From positions 32,001 to 96,000 of the forward strand of contig CAWDVP010000004.1 of the NCBI GenBank assembly GCA_963805945.1: a DNA stretch of 64,000 nt, read 5' to 3'. A model generated the notes under the pieces. It ran no database searches, was not told the origin of the DNA, and saw only the letters and a list, made by a program, of their open reading frames with translations. The stretch is from Vulcanimicrobiota bacterium. Lineage in GTDB: Bacteria > Vulcanimicrobiota > Vulcanimicrobiia > Eremiobacterales > Eremiobacteraceae. Positions 20,985-33,090 of the stretch are shown here, one piece after another. A program made the translations under genes and the position numbers. How positions within the stretch are numbered: position 1 is the first letter of the stretch; every line of letters starts with the position of its first letter.

Positions 20985-22084
20985 CAGTGCGTGACGCGGC
21001 CTTTGAACTTGACTTTGGTCACCGGGCTGACGAAGCGCAGCACCGTCTCGGTCGGGCCGGTGCCGAGGTATGGCGAGCCGCCGATGACCCACATCGTATT
21101 GCCCAGGGCCACCATCGCCATGCCGTGGCGCGGGCTCGGCAGCCACGGCCCGCTGATCCAGCCGTTGGCATTGGTCGAGGAGATCTCGCTTGTCTGCGTG
21201 TTGGAATCGTTGAGCAGATCCTCGCCGCCCGCCGCGACGAGACGGTTGTTGACCGCCGCCATGCCGAAGTCGCTGCGGCCTTGGTGCAGGTCGCTGCAGG
21301 TGCGCCAGCTGTCCTTGACCGGGTCGTAGGCCTGGCAAGCGCGCAGGTTGATCTGGTCGATGTTGCGCCCGCCGACGAGGTATATCTTGTTGTCGATCAC
21401 CGCGGAGCTGGCGGCCCAGCGCTCGCTGCCGAGCGCGTACTCGCGCACCGACCACTGGTTCATCTCGGGATCGAAGACCATGACGCTCTTCTCGTCGTTG
21501 CCGTGCGAGCTTTGGCCGGCCATGACATACAGCTTGCCGGCGACCGCCTGCATCACCGGGCCGTAGCGCGGGATCGGCATCGAGGGCATCTCTGTCCACG
21601 TGTCCTCGACCGGATCGTAGCGCCAGAACTTGTTGGTCACCAGATTCTCGATGCGGCCGCCCGCGACGTAGAGAAATCCGTTCAGACCGGCCGCCGCCGC
21701 GTGGTCGACCGGCTCGGGCAGCGTCGCGGCGTAATGCCATTCGCCCGGATGGGAGATGATCGGCCCGGCTTCGCCCTCGCGCGCTTCGTCCGAGGGGAAG
21801 GTCGGCTCGAGGATGAGCAGCGTCGCCATCTGCTCGTCCTTCGGACCGAAGCCGCCGACCAAGTAGATACGCCCCGCCATCACCGCCGCAGCGGCGTCCT
21901 GGCGCGGCGAGGGCAGGTTGGGCCCCTTGACCCATATGCCTTTGTTGAGATCGACGCGCAGATCGTAGTCCGCGGGGTTCGGCGTCGGCGTCGCGGTCGG
22001 CGGCGGCGCAGCGCCGGACGCCGGCAGCACGCCGTATGCGGCGAGCGCGAGCGCGGCGGTGAGGAAGATGCCGCGGCGCGTCAT
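20984..22084 (-). CDS. Secreted Kelch-repeat beta-propeller protein
   Basis: Signal peptide plus about 6 repeats of IYLVGG...YDP...W. Confidence 0.88.
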   Translation of the reverse strand: MTRRGIFLTAALALAAYGVLPASGAAPPPTATPTPNPADYDLRVDLNKGIWVKGPNLPSPRQDAAAAVMAGRIYLVGGFGPKDEQMATLLILEPTFPSDEAREGEAGPIISHPGEWHYAATLPEPVDHAAAAGLNGFLYVAGGRIENLVTNKFWRYDPVEDTWTEMPSMPIPRYGPVMQAVAGKLYVMAGQSSHGNDEKSVMVFDPEMNQWSVREYALGSERWAASSAVIDNKIYLVGGRNIDQINLRACQAYDPVKDSWRTCSDLHQGRSDFGMAAVNNRLVAAGGEDLLNDSNTQTSEISSTNANGWISGPWLPSPRHGMAMVALGNTMWVIGGSPYLGTGPTETVLRFVSPVTKVKFKGRVTH

Positions 22085-23126
22085 GATACGGTCTCCGGCG
22101 TCGGCGCGACGAGCGCAGGCTCGCCGTCAGCGCTCGCGAGCCCGTGCTGGTAGATGCCGCGGATGATCGTCTCGAGCGCCGGCTCGGCGATCGTCACGTC
22201 TTTGAGCTCGTAGGAGCTGCGTCAAGGCTTGAGGATGAGCTCGTCGGCGCGCACCGTATCTCGATCGAACTCGATGACGACGCGCGGCCCATCATGCTCG
22301 ATGACCGTCGCGCCCTTCATCATCAGCCGGAAATCCGAGCAATCGTCGCAGTTGAGCACCGCGGTGAGCGTGCGGTTGCGGCCGTAGCGCTGCTTGATCG
22401 TCTCGACGCTGCCGTCGTAGAGCGTGCGCCCGTGGTCGATGAGGATGATGCGCTCGCACAGCCTTCTCGATATCGGCGAGGTCGTGCGTGGTGAGGATGA
22501 CCGTCGTGCCGCGCTCGCGATTGACGCGCAAGATGAACTGGCGGATGTTCTCTTTGGCCACGACGTCGAGCCCGATCGTCGGCTCGTCGAGGAAGACGAT
22601 CTTCGGCTCGTGCAGCATGGCCGCCGCGAAATCGCCGCGCATGCGCTGGCCGAGGCTCAGCTGGCGCACCGGCGTGTTGATGAACTCGTCCAAGCCGAGC
22701 AGATCCCGGAACTCTTTGAGATTGCGCTCGTAGGTCGCCTTCGGCACGTCGTAGATGGCGCGCAGCAGCTGGAACGATTCGATGAGCGGCAGATCCCAAT
22801 ACAGCTGCGTCCGCTGTCCGAACACGACGCCGATCTGGCGGCCGTTGGCCTGCCGGTCGGCCCACGGCACGATGCCCGTCGACCGTGCACGTGCCGCTGG
22901 TCGGCACGAGGATGCCGGTGAGCATCTTGATGGTGGTGGACTTGCCGGCGCCGTTGGGACCGATGTAGCCGACGAGCTCGCCGGCCGCGATGTCGAAGCT
23001 GACGTCGTTGACGGCCGACTTGGTCTCGTAGTCGCGCGAGAAGAGCGTCGCGAGCGCGCCGAAGGTGCCCTGTTGGCGCTTCAGGGTGCGGAACTGTTTG
23101 GTCAGGTGTTCGGCATGAATGATCAT
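22081..23126 (-). CDS. ABC transporter ATP-binding protein (frameshifted)
   Basis: GPNGAGKST, LSLGQRMR, FLDEPTIGLD, TTHD. Confidence 0.9.
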
Positions 23127-23174
23127 TGAAGTGACGGGCGGGAACTCCAGTATGGGACATCGCACCGCTTGTGC

Positions 23175-23591
23175 ATGGGAACGCCCGCTTCCTTGAACCC
23201 GCCGGCGGGGGACGGCGGCGCGCACGTCTTCGTGTACGGCACGCTCATGCGGGGGCTGGCGCTGCACCGCCATCTCGCGGGCGCGGCGTTCGTCGCGCGC
23301 GCGACGGCGCGCGGCAGGCTGTACGATCTGGGCCGTACCCGGCCATGACCGCCGGCGACGGCGAGGTGCGGGGCGAGGTCTATGCGCTGGCGGACGCGGC
23401 CGCCGGGCTCGAAGTGCTCGACGAGGTCGAAGACTACGACCCGCTCCATCCGGAGGAGAGCCTGTACGTGCGGGTGCAGGCGCCGGTCCGCACGGACGAC
23501 GGCCGCGAGCTCGTGGCGTGGTTGTACCTCTACAACCAGCCGCTTGAGCGCAGCCGCGCTCATCCGCGGCGGCGACTGGCGCCGCCGCTAA
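23175..23591 (+). CDS. Gamma-glutamylcyclotransferase (AIG2-like), frameshift near 23330
   Basis: VFVYGTLM, GPYPAM, VRGEVY, LDEVE, AWLYLY. Confidence 0.85.
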
Positions 23592-23594
23592 AAT

Positions 23595-23620
23595 GTAGGG
23601 GCCGAACTTTAGTTCGGCCC
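23595..23620 (+). repeat. REP family 1 copy (stem variant)
   Basis: GTAGGGGCCGAACTTTAGTTCGGCCC. Confidence 0.85.
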
Positions 23621-23629
23621 TTCGCGGTC

Positions 23630-24913
23630 TCACGGCGTGCGCGGCATGCGGATCTGCACGGTGTCGCGCGAGAAGATGAGATCGAGCGTCCAATCGATCG
23701 CCACGCGGATCTTGCGCTCGAGCGTCGGGATGCGGAACAGATAGTACGTCCGCCACAGCCACCACGCCGGAAAACCTGAGATCTTCAGCCCGCCGAGCAT
23801 CGCCACCGCTTGATGCTCGCCGAGGTGCGCCATCTGGCCGACGGCCGTGTAGGCGAATGGCGTCGGCGGCCGTCCGTCGATGACCGCGAGGATGTTGCGC
23901 GCCGCATGCAGCCCTTCGCGCAGCGCGTGCTGCGCGGTCGGCGGATACGGCTTGCCGCCGCCCGGCGGCGTGACGATCGCCGTGTCGCCCACCGCCCACA
24001 CGCCCGGATAGCCCGGCACCGCGAGATTCTCGTCCACCGGCACGCGGCCGCGCTGGTTCGCGCACGGCAATCCCGCGACGAGCGGGTTGGACGTGACGCC
24101 CGCCGCCCACACGAACACCTGCGTGTCGATGCGAGTGCCGTCGTCAAGTTCGACGCCGGACGATCGGCCGAGCGCACGCCGACGCCGAGCCGGAACTGCA
24201 CACCGCGCTTCTCGAGCGTCTGCAGCGTCCAGGTCGCGAGCTGCCTCGCTCAGCTCGGGCAAGATGCGCGGCTGCGGATCGACGACGATCGTCGTGATGT
24301 CGGCTGCCGAGACGTTGCGATACATCCGCGCCGCCGTGCGCATGAACAGGTCGAGCTCGGCGGCGGTCTCGATGCCGGCGAAGCCGGCGCCGGCCACGAC
24401 GAAGGTGAGCAGACGGCGGCGCAGCGCCTCATCGTCTTCCAGCTCCGCCTGCTCGAGCATGTCGATCGCCCGGTTGCGCAGCGCGATCGCGTCGGTCAGC
24501 GTGCGCATGGTGAGCGCGTGTTCGGCCACGCCGGGCAGGCCGAAGAAGTTCGTCTCGCCGCCGACCGCGATCAGCAGCTGGTCCCACGGCAAGGTGTGCG
24601 GATGCTCGCGCTCGTGGGAGACGGTCACGGCGTGGCCGGCGAGATCGATGGAGTCGATCTCCGCCTCGTACACGCGCAGGCGCGGCAAGATGCGCCGCAG
24701 ATTGGCCACCACGTGACGCGTGTCGATGCTGCTGGTGGCGGCTTGCGGCAGCATCGGCGTGAACAGGAAGAAGTTCTCCCGCGCGACGAGCGTCACGTCG
24801 AGATCGCGGCGGCGGCGCACCGCTTTTTGGAGCTCCATGGCGGCGTACACGCCGCCGAACCCCCCGCCGAGGATGACGATCCGGTGAATCGCCGAGCGTT
24901 CCGTGTCGCGCAT
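23630..24913 (-). CDS. ndh: Type II NADH dehydrogenase-like FAD oxidoreductase
   Basis: ILGGGFGG, FTPML, VAGAGFAGIE, WAVGD, PPTAQHA. Confidence 0.88.
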   Translation of the reverse strand: MRDTERSAIHRIVILGGGFGGVYAAMELQKAVRRRRDLDVTLVARENFFLFTPMLPQAATSSIDTRHVVANLRRILPRLRVYEAEIDSIDLAGHAVTVSHEREHPHTLPWDQLLIAVGGETNFFGLPGVAEHALTMRTLTDAIALRNRAIDMLEQAELEDDEALRRRLLTFVVAGAGFAGIETAAELDLFMRTAARMYRNVSAADITTIVVDPQPRILPELSEAARDLDAADAREARCAVPARRRRALGRSSGVELDDGTRIDTQVFVWAAGVTSNPLVAGLPCANQRGRVPVDENLAVPGYPGVWAVGDTAIVTPPGGGKPYPPTAQHALREGLHAARNILAVIDGRPPTPFAYTAVGQMAHLGEHQAVAMLGGLKISGFPAWWLWRTYYLFRIPTLERKIRVAIDWTLDLIFSRDTVQIRMPRTP

Positions 24914-25001
24914 CGCAGTTTCCCTTCGGACGGCAGGCATCGTCACCTGCGCCACAAAATTCATGCCGCGAAAGGCACGCGACGTTTCTCGCTGCTTGGA
25001 T

Positions 25002-27342
25002 ATGAGGTTGCCGATGGTTGTCCGCACGCAGCTCATCAGGCGCATAGCTCTGCTCGCCGCAACCGCCCTCATGACGCTCGGCGTCTTCGCGAGCGCCCGC
25101 GCCGCCGGCACCGCTTTGCCCAACGGCTGGCGCCTGACGCCGGCCGGCGCGACGCTGCCGCTCGGCACGCTGCCGCTGCATATCGCGCAAGACCTGACCG
25201 GGCACTGGCTGGCGATCTCCAACGCCGGCTTCGGCGACCTTTCGATCACCATCGTCAACGAGCAGACCGGCCAGATCGCCGACGGCGCGTCGCTGCCGCG
25301 CACCTTCTACGGGCTGGCGTTCTCACCGACCGGTGACACGCTCTACGCGTCGACCGCCGCCGACGGCGGCGTCGCCCATTACGGTTTCGACTCGAGCACC
25401 GGCAAGCTCGGCGCCCCCGGCTTCTACGGACTCGGCGCCGGCCGCATCTGGACCAACGGCTTGGCCGTGTCGCCCGACGGCGGCACGCTGTATGCCGCCG
25501 TCGCCGGCGCGAACGATCTCGTCGGCGTGAACACCGCGACCGGTGCGACCCAGTGGGCCGCACGGGTCGGCGACACGCCGTACGCGGTCGCGCTCTCCGC
25601 CAGCGGCGCCAAAGCGTTCGTGTCGAACTGGGGCGGCGCATCGGTGAGCGTCGTCGACACCGCGACCGGCGTCGTCACGACGACCGTGAGCACCGACGGC
25701 CATCCGGGTGCGCTGCTGTTGAGCGGCGACGGCCACACGCTCTTCATCGCATGCGCGAACGCCAACGTCGTCGACGTGCTCGATGCGACGACGTTCAAGA
25801 TGCGCGGCAAGATCGACGTCGGTCTGTACCCGAGTTCGCCCGCCGGCTCGACCCCCTCCGGCATCGCGGAGACGCAGGACGGCCGCACGCTGCTGGTGGC
25901 CGACGCGGACAGCAACGCCGTCGCCGTCATCGACATCTCGTCCACCGCGCCCGCCATCTTCGGCGCCGTACCGGTGGGCTGGTATCCGACGGACGTCGCG
26001 CTGAGCAAGGACGGCAGGCGGCTGTACGTGCTCGACGGCAACGGCGTGACCCGCGCCGCCAACCCGAGCTTCATCAATACCGACATCGTTCCCAGGTCGC
26101 AGCAGAAGGCGTCCGACCTGAGCTACTATGCGCCCGCGATGATGTTCGGCGATCTCGAGACGATCGTCGCGCTGGACCGTAGGACGCTCGTGTCGGGTCT
26201 CGCCGCGGCGCGCGCCAACTCCGACTATCGGCCCGATCTGCCGGCGCCGGCGCCGCTGCCGCCATTCAAACACGTCATCTATGTGATCAAAGAGAATCGT
26301 ACGTACGATCAAGTGCTGGGCGACGATCCGCGCGGCAACGGCCAGGCGTCGCTGGCGGTGTTCGGCCAGCGCATCACCCCAACGTGCGCAGGCTCGCCGA
26401 CGAATTCGTGCTGCTCGACGATTTCGACAGCGACGGCACGGTGAGCGCCGACGGCCATGAGTGGGCGGATGGCGCGTACGCGAACGACTGGGTCGAGCGG
26501 ATGTGGCCCTCGGCCTACGCCGGACGCGCCGACGGCTTTTTCGATTTCGGCGGGGCCATCAACCGGCCGGACATCGGCTACATCTGGGATGTCGCCGCGA
26601 GCAAGAACGTCTCCGTCCGCCTGTACGGCGAGGGCGCGGTTTCAGAGAGCAACCCGGCAAGGGTTTCGCGCCCTCGATCGACGCGCTGCTCGATCCGAAC
26701 TACCGTCCCTTCGACTTGACGGTGACCGATCAGGACCGCGTGGTGGAGTGGCTGCGTGAATTCCGCCAGTTCGACCAGAACGGGCAACTGCCGCAGCTCG
26801 AGATCGTGGCGCTGCCCAACGACCACACCGCGGCGCTGAAGCCGGGCGCCCGCACGCCGTACGCGATGGTCGCGGACAACGACTACGCGCTCGGGCGCAT
26901 GGTCGAGGCGCTGAGCCACAGCCGGTATTGGCGGGATACGCTGCTCGTCAGCATCGAGGACGACGCGCAGAGCGGGCCGGATCACGTGAGCAACCATCGC
27001 ATCGAAGCGCTCGTCGTGAGCGCGTACGACAACCGCGGCCTCGTCGACCACACGCACTACTCGACGTCGAGCGTGCTGCGCACCATCGAGCTCGTGCTCG
27101 GCCTGCCGCCGATGAGCCAGTTCGACGCGAGCGCGACGCCGCTGTCCGCGGTGTTCTCCGGCCAGCTCGATCTCAAGCCCTGGAAGGCGACGACGCCGCT
27201 AGTGAACTTGGATGCGACCAACCCGCCGGGCGCGCCGGGATCGCAGGCGTCAGAGAAGCTCGACCTGCGGTCGGCGGACGCGTCGGACCCGGTCGAGTTC
27301 AATCGGATCCTCGCGACCTATCTCCGCTACGTGCATATGTAG
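25002..27342 (+). CDS. Secreted YVTN/YncE beta-propeller plus phosphoesterase fusion (2 frameshifts)
   Basis: LPNGWRLTPAG, PVGWYPT, HVIYVIKENRTYDQVLGD, LPNDHT, EDDAQSGPDHV. Confidence 0.85.
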
Positions 27343-27401
27343 GGGCCGATCTTTAGATCGGCCCTCATTTCTAGGGGCGACCTAAAGGTCGCCCCCTACA
27401 T
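27339..27401. repeat. Inverted pair of REP family 1 copies (REPIN-like)
   Basis: GTAGGGGCCGATCTTTAGATCGGCCC, short spacer, GGGGCGACCTAAAGGTCGCCCCCTAC. Confidence 0.85.
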
Positions 27402-27410
27402 TTCTTGATG

Positions 27411-28487
27411 TTATTCGCCGTCGAAGTATGACAGCGCGGGCTCCGCGCGCAGGATGATGCCGTCGCGCGCGTCGATCATCACCTTGTTGGAACCGGGATA
27501 GTAGCAGACCTCGTCCTTGTCGATGTTGGCAAGCAGCAGCACCGTGCACTCCGCCTGCGACGTGTTCGCGAGCTGATGCGCGCCGTTATCGCCGGTCGGA
27601 AAACAGATGAAATCGCCGCGCCGGCACACGATATTCCCGCGCGGCGTGTTGATGGTGGCCTCGCCGTCCCAGACGAGGAACATCTCCTCTTCTTTCGCAT
27701 GCGCGTGGACCGGGCAGTAGCGCCGCGCCGGGCGGCAGCGTCGCCATGCGATAGCCGAGCTTGCGCGCGCCGATGTACAACCCTATCTCGCGGTCGACGG
27801 CCTCGAAGCGCACGCCGAGCGGGCTCACCTCGACGAACGGATCCGGCGGCGACTCGTCGATATTGATGCGATTGACGTAGACCTCGGTCCGGCTCTCCAA
27901 GTATTCGCCGATCACCGCGTCGGCGCCGTGCCAGATGCACGCGCCGTCGCCGACGAGCAACGTGTCTCAAGTTCGAGCGCCCACAGCTTGCGCAGACTGA
28001 GCACGGCTTTCTTGGGATCGAGAAGTTTCTCGTCCGGCAGCAGCCGTAACGTGCCCGCAGGCTGACCCCACAACGCGTCGCCGACGATGGCGGTCTTGTG
28101 ACGTCGCAGATGCAGCGCGATCTCACCGGGTGACTTGAGGCCCTCCAACTGGATGATCCGGATGCCTTTGAAGGCGTGATCGCCCTCGTGCAGCACGAGG
28201 TCGACCGGCCCGGAGAGCAGCGGCGCATCGCCTTCGCTCGCTGCGATCTTCGCGCCGAACAGCGCGGCGAGATCGCGCGCGCGGCGCTCGTGGTCGCGAT
28301 TGGTGATCACGATCCACGCGACGCCGCCCGCCTCGCGCATCTCTTGCTCGTCTTCTGGAGTCCAGACGAGCGGGTCCACCACGATGTTGCCGTCCTCGCG
28401 CCGCAGGAAGTACGAGTTGAAGTACACCTTTGGGGCCGGCTGCCACACCGACCACATCGCCATGCCTTCGATCGCCAGCGCCTGCAT
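27411..28487 (-). CDS. Metallo-beta-lactamase-fold plus cupin fusion (2 frameshifts)
   Basis: N-half FNSY...VVDP...ITNRDHER...GDAL; C-half PVHAH..EEE...GD...AHQL. Confidence 0.7.
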
Positions 28488-28508
28488 GCGCGAGGACCCG
28501 ATCCGCCT

Positions 28509-29416
28509 TTACTGCGGCGTGGCACGGCGGCGGCACTTGCGTGTAGCCGGCCGGTACGTCGAAGACCGTCGCGTCGAACGGCGTCGTTGCGTACGCCGTC
28601 ACGTCGTCGTGGACGGGGAAAGCGGCGGAGCCTTGGGTTGTTACCTATGCTCGTCGTCGTGGTGTCTTTGAGCACGAAACGATTCGCCGGGTGCGCCTTC
28701 ATCTGCGCTTGCATGCCGAAGTTCGACATGCACGGATTCTGTTGGCCGCCGCCCTGCGGCGCTCCGCCACCTTGCGGCGGTGCCATCGGCCGCACTGGGA
28801 GCGGGCATGCTTTGGGCAAGGTATTCGGCACCCACCATTGGTCGCTCTTGATCGTCATGGTGAAGTTCGGACAGTCGCCGGTGCCTTTCGCCGTCATGGT
28901 GACCGTGCTGACGAGGTGATGCGCGGTCATGCCGAACAGCGTCTGCGTCTGATCGTCTGGGATCTCCGACACCGAGAAATCGATATTGCCGGTCCCCTTG
29001 ATCTGCTGCGGCGAGTTTTGCGGCGAAGGATGCGCCGGGGTCGGCTGCGACTGCGCCTGCTTGATCATCGCCTGCATCTGCTTCATCATGTCGTCGAAGC
29101 TCGCGGTCCAGTAGGTCTTCGCCTTGTTGTCGAGATGGATCACGCGCTGGAGATCGCATTCGGTGATCGTGCTGGTGTCGCCCTCATCGATGCGCGAACG
29201 CTCACCGGCGATCGTGGTGGTCGTGCTCGTGCTGCCGGCGTGGTGCATGAACATCTGCATCGCCTTCGGCAGCTCCACGCTGGTGGTCTTCGTATAGCGG
29301 ATTTGCGTCGGCGTCGGCGTCGGCATGACGGAAGCCAACAGCGGTACTGCAGCGGCGATCACCGCCGCGAGACCCGCGCACAACGCAAAAGGCAAGAGGT
29401 TCAATCGGCGGCGCAT
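28509..29416 (-). CDS. Secreted hypothetical protein (DUF4412-like)
   Basis: Signal peptide; TITECDLQRVIHLDNKAKTY; C-terminal FDVPAGYTQV. Confidence 0.55.
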
Positions 29417-29543
29417 AGTGCAATTCCTCCATGGCGAAAGCGATGAGCACACGATATTCCGTGACGAGGTCACAGGCGATTCGAGCAAATGCAATGCTCG
29501 TCCTAGCGGGAGGCATCGGGGTGGCGGCGAATAGAGAAGAGGT

Positions 29544-32500
29544 ATGGCTGTCCGCGCTCAAGCAAAGTCCGCACAACCCGTTATGTTGCGTTTCGAAGAA
29601 GGCGTCGCGCCCGATCGAGGCGGGCCGCCTCTAGGGACCTGGCAAGCGAGCATCCCGACCCAGCTATCCATCGAAGGCACGTTTCCGAAGACGATCATCG
29701 CGCAAGGGCTCGCGGCCTTTCAGCGCAACAAGGTCCGCAGCCTGAACCTCCGGCGCAACGACATCGTCGCCACCGTCGCCGACACCGAGACCCACACCAC
29801 CACGCTCACCCGCGATTCGTCCCGCCTGCCGCTGGGCATGCGTTGCAATTGCACGTGCCGCTACGGCTACGACTGCAAGCACGCGGTCGCCGCGCTCTAC
29901 ACGCTCATCGAGATGTCGTCGCACGATCCGGAAGCAGGCCCACCGCCCATCGTGCCGACGCCGGTTCCCACGAACGGCCATACTAACGGCGCCCCCAACG
30001 GCAAAGCGGCGGGCAACGGCGAGCACCCGCACAACGGGGCGACGGCCACGCTCGCGCCCGCCTCGCACGAACTGCTCGACCTGCTCACGCCGCACCACGA
30101 AAGCGTCGTGCCACGGCGCCGGTTGTGGGTCGTCGTCGGTTTTGACGATCGACTGGGCATCTTCTACGCCAGGCTGTGCCTCGACGCGCCGAAACTGCAC
30201 GGCGTCGCGCGCACGCATGCGGACCTGCAGCAGCTCTACCGGACCACGCGCCAGGCGAACCTCACCGGCGAGGAGTGGGACCGCCACGATGCTGCGCTCT
30301 TGTCCGATGCGTCGCTCGGCGCGATGTTCGGCATGCCGGCGGACTACGCGCTCGCGCGCGCGACGAGCGAGCAGACGAAGGCGCTCACCAACAATTTCGC
30401 GCAGCTGCTGCTGCGTCTGATCTCCCACCCGCGCGTCCGCTACGACGATCATCTCGGCGCGCATCCCGAAGCGATGCCGACGGTGAAGATCGCGCTCTCG
30501 CCGCTGCGCTTGCGCATCTCCGGCACGCGCCAGGACGACGGCGCGCTCGATCTTTCGGGCTCGTTCGTGCGTCCGGACGGCGCGACGCTCGAGATGTCGA
30601 GCGTCCGCGCGATCGACGGCACGCCCGCCTGGCTCTTCGACGGCAACACCTTCTCCTTGCACGACGGCCTCTTCAGCTTGCGCATCGTCGACCGGCTCAA
30701 AGCGGCCGGCACGGTCCGCATCGCGGCCGACGAACTGCCGATCTTCTTGGAGCGCGCGCACCGCTTCCTCGATCGCGACAGCGCCGCCGCGCTGATGGTC
30801 CTGTCCGACGAGATGTCGCTGCAGACGCTGCTGCGGCTGCGCTGGCAAGGCGATGGCATCACGGTGGAAGCTTCGATAGAAGATGCGCGCAGCGGCGCCA
30901 ACTTCCGAATCACGCCGCAGGACTTCAATCCGCTCCAGCGCGTGGACAGCGGCAAGAAAGGCGTCGCGCCGCGCTACGCGTATTGCGAGCCCGCCGTCGC
31001 GCAGGGCGTGCGCGCACGCCTCGAAGCCGCGGGCTGCCGTCCGGCGCACGACGTGTACGAGCAGCAGGCGGCGCAACATCCCGACGAGACGGTGCAGCGC
31101 TACGACGAGACGGCATGGCGCGTCGAGCCGACGGACGCCGCCTATCAGTTCGGCACCGAGACGCTGCCCGGCTGGCGCGCCGACTATCAGCTCGACATGG
31201 ACGACACGGTGCGCTCGCTCGTCGAAGGCCCCAAAGTGCTGCAGGTCTCGGTCACCGTCGACAGCGATGAGAAGCCGGCCGCCAAGACCGCCAAGCAGGC
31301 CAAAGGCGCCGCCAGCCTCTTCGGCCCGATCGATTGGCTCGAGATCTCGGTCGAGTTGCTGCTCGACGGCCAGAAGCTCACGCCCGACGACATCAAGGCG
31401 TTGTGGCAGAGCACCGGCCGCTACCACCGCCTCTCCGACGGACAATTCGTGGACCTCTCCTCGTTCGCGCTGCTGCGCGAGGCCACCGGCGGCTTCGGCG
31501 GCGGCCTGGAGCGCGGCGGCAAGACCCGCCTCACCGCGGCGCAGATGCTGTCCGTGTATGACGACCTCGCCAAGGCGTGCGGCGATGCGCAACTGCCCGC
31601 GCCGTTGCGCGATCTGCGGGAAGCGGTGCGCGGCTTCTCTGGCATCGAAGAGGTCGACCCGCCCAAGCACCTCGATTCGATCCTGCGGCCGTATCAGCGC
31701 CGCGGCCTCGACTTCCTCGCCTACCTCGGACGGTACGCGTTCGGCGGCATCCTCGCAGACGACATGGGCCTGGGCAAGACGCTCCAGGTCCTGTCATATC
31801 TGGAGCGCGAGCGGCAACGCCGCGGCAGCCGGCCCAACCTCATCGTGTGCCCGACCTCGGTCACCCACACCTGGATCGGCGAGGCGGCGCGTTTCACCCC
31901 GGACATGAAGGTGTGCTTGCTCTCCGCCGGCGCGGGCCGCGAGGATATCTATGAGAAGGCCGCGGAGTACGATCTGCTCGTCACCTCATACGCGCTTGGC
32001 GCGGCGCGATGCCGACAGCCTCTCCAAACTCGGCTTCCGTTCGGTCGTGCTCGACGAAGCACAGCAGATCAAGAATCCGCAAGCCAAGATCTCGCAAGTC
32101 ATCAAATCGTTGGAATCAGAGCAGCGCCTCGCGCTCACCGGCACGCCGATCGAGAACTCGGTGCTCGATCTGTGGTCGATCATGGATTTCGTCATGCCCG
32201 GCCTGCTCGGCAACGAGAGCCACTTCCGCTCAGCTTTTGAGACGCCCATCATGCGCGACGGCGACGTCGAGAAGCAGCAGCGGCTCGCCAAACGCGTGCA
32301 GCCGTTCATGATCCGCCGCCTCAAGACGCAGGTGGCGGCTGACCTGCCTTCGCGCACCGAGCAGACCATCGAATGCGAGATGACCCAGTCGCAGCGCAAG
32401 GCGTACAAAGAGGTCGTGCTGCGCGCGCGGCGCGAGATCATGCGCGAGGTGGACGAGCACGGCATCGGGCGCGCACAGCTCTCGATCCTCGCCGCGCTCA

Positions 32501-33087
32501 CCAAGCTGCGGCAGATCTGCAACCATCCGGGTCTGGTCGGCGAGCACTGGCGCGAGGATGAAGATGCGTCCGGCAAGTTCTCGGCGTTCCTCGAGCTGGT
32601 GGATTCGATCGTCGAGTCTGGCCATCGCGTGCTCGTCTTCTCCTCGTTCACCGAGATGCTCGGCATCATCCGCGAGTCCTTCGACGCGCGCGGGCGCAAG
32701 TACGCCTACCTCGACGGCGCGACGAAGCATCGGGCCAAGGTGCTCGAGGACTTCAAGCGCGAGGACGGCCCGCCGGTGTTCCTCATGAGCCTCAAGGCCG
32801 GCGGCGTCGGCCTCACCGTCACCGAGGCGGACTACGTCATCCTCTACGATCCGTGGTGGAATCCGGCGATCGAGCGCCAGGCGATCGACCGCACGCACCG
32901 CATCGGCCAGACCAAACCGGTCACCGCGTACCGGCTCGTCACCATCGGTTCGGTCGAACAGAAGATCCAGGCGCTCCAGGACCGCAAGCAGGCGCTCGCG
33001 GATTCGGTCATCTCGAGCGATTCGGCCTTCACCAAGAGCCTGACGCGCGAAGACCTCGACGATCTGTTCTCGACGGTGCTGGACTAG
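29544..33087 (+). CDS. SWIM-zinc-finger SNF2 family helicase (frameshift near 31995)
   Basis: CNCTC..GYDCKH, LRPYQ, LADDMGLGKT, LDEAQQIKN, LTGTPIEN, SLKAGGVGL, DPWWNPA, RIGQ. Confidence 0.93.
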
Positions 33088-33090
33088 CTC

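Noticed and set aside
29664..31670. Long antisense or alternate-frame ORFs (e.g. 668 aa here, 734 aa at 12551, 701 aa at 39306)
   Set aside because: Shadow ORFs expected in high-GC coding DNA; no protein motifs outside the parts that belong to real genes
29544..33087. SNF2 helicase as part of an anti-phage defence system
   Set aside because: SWIM-SNF2 is a widespread housekeeping type; no methylase, nuclease or other defence partner is adjacent
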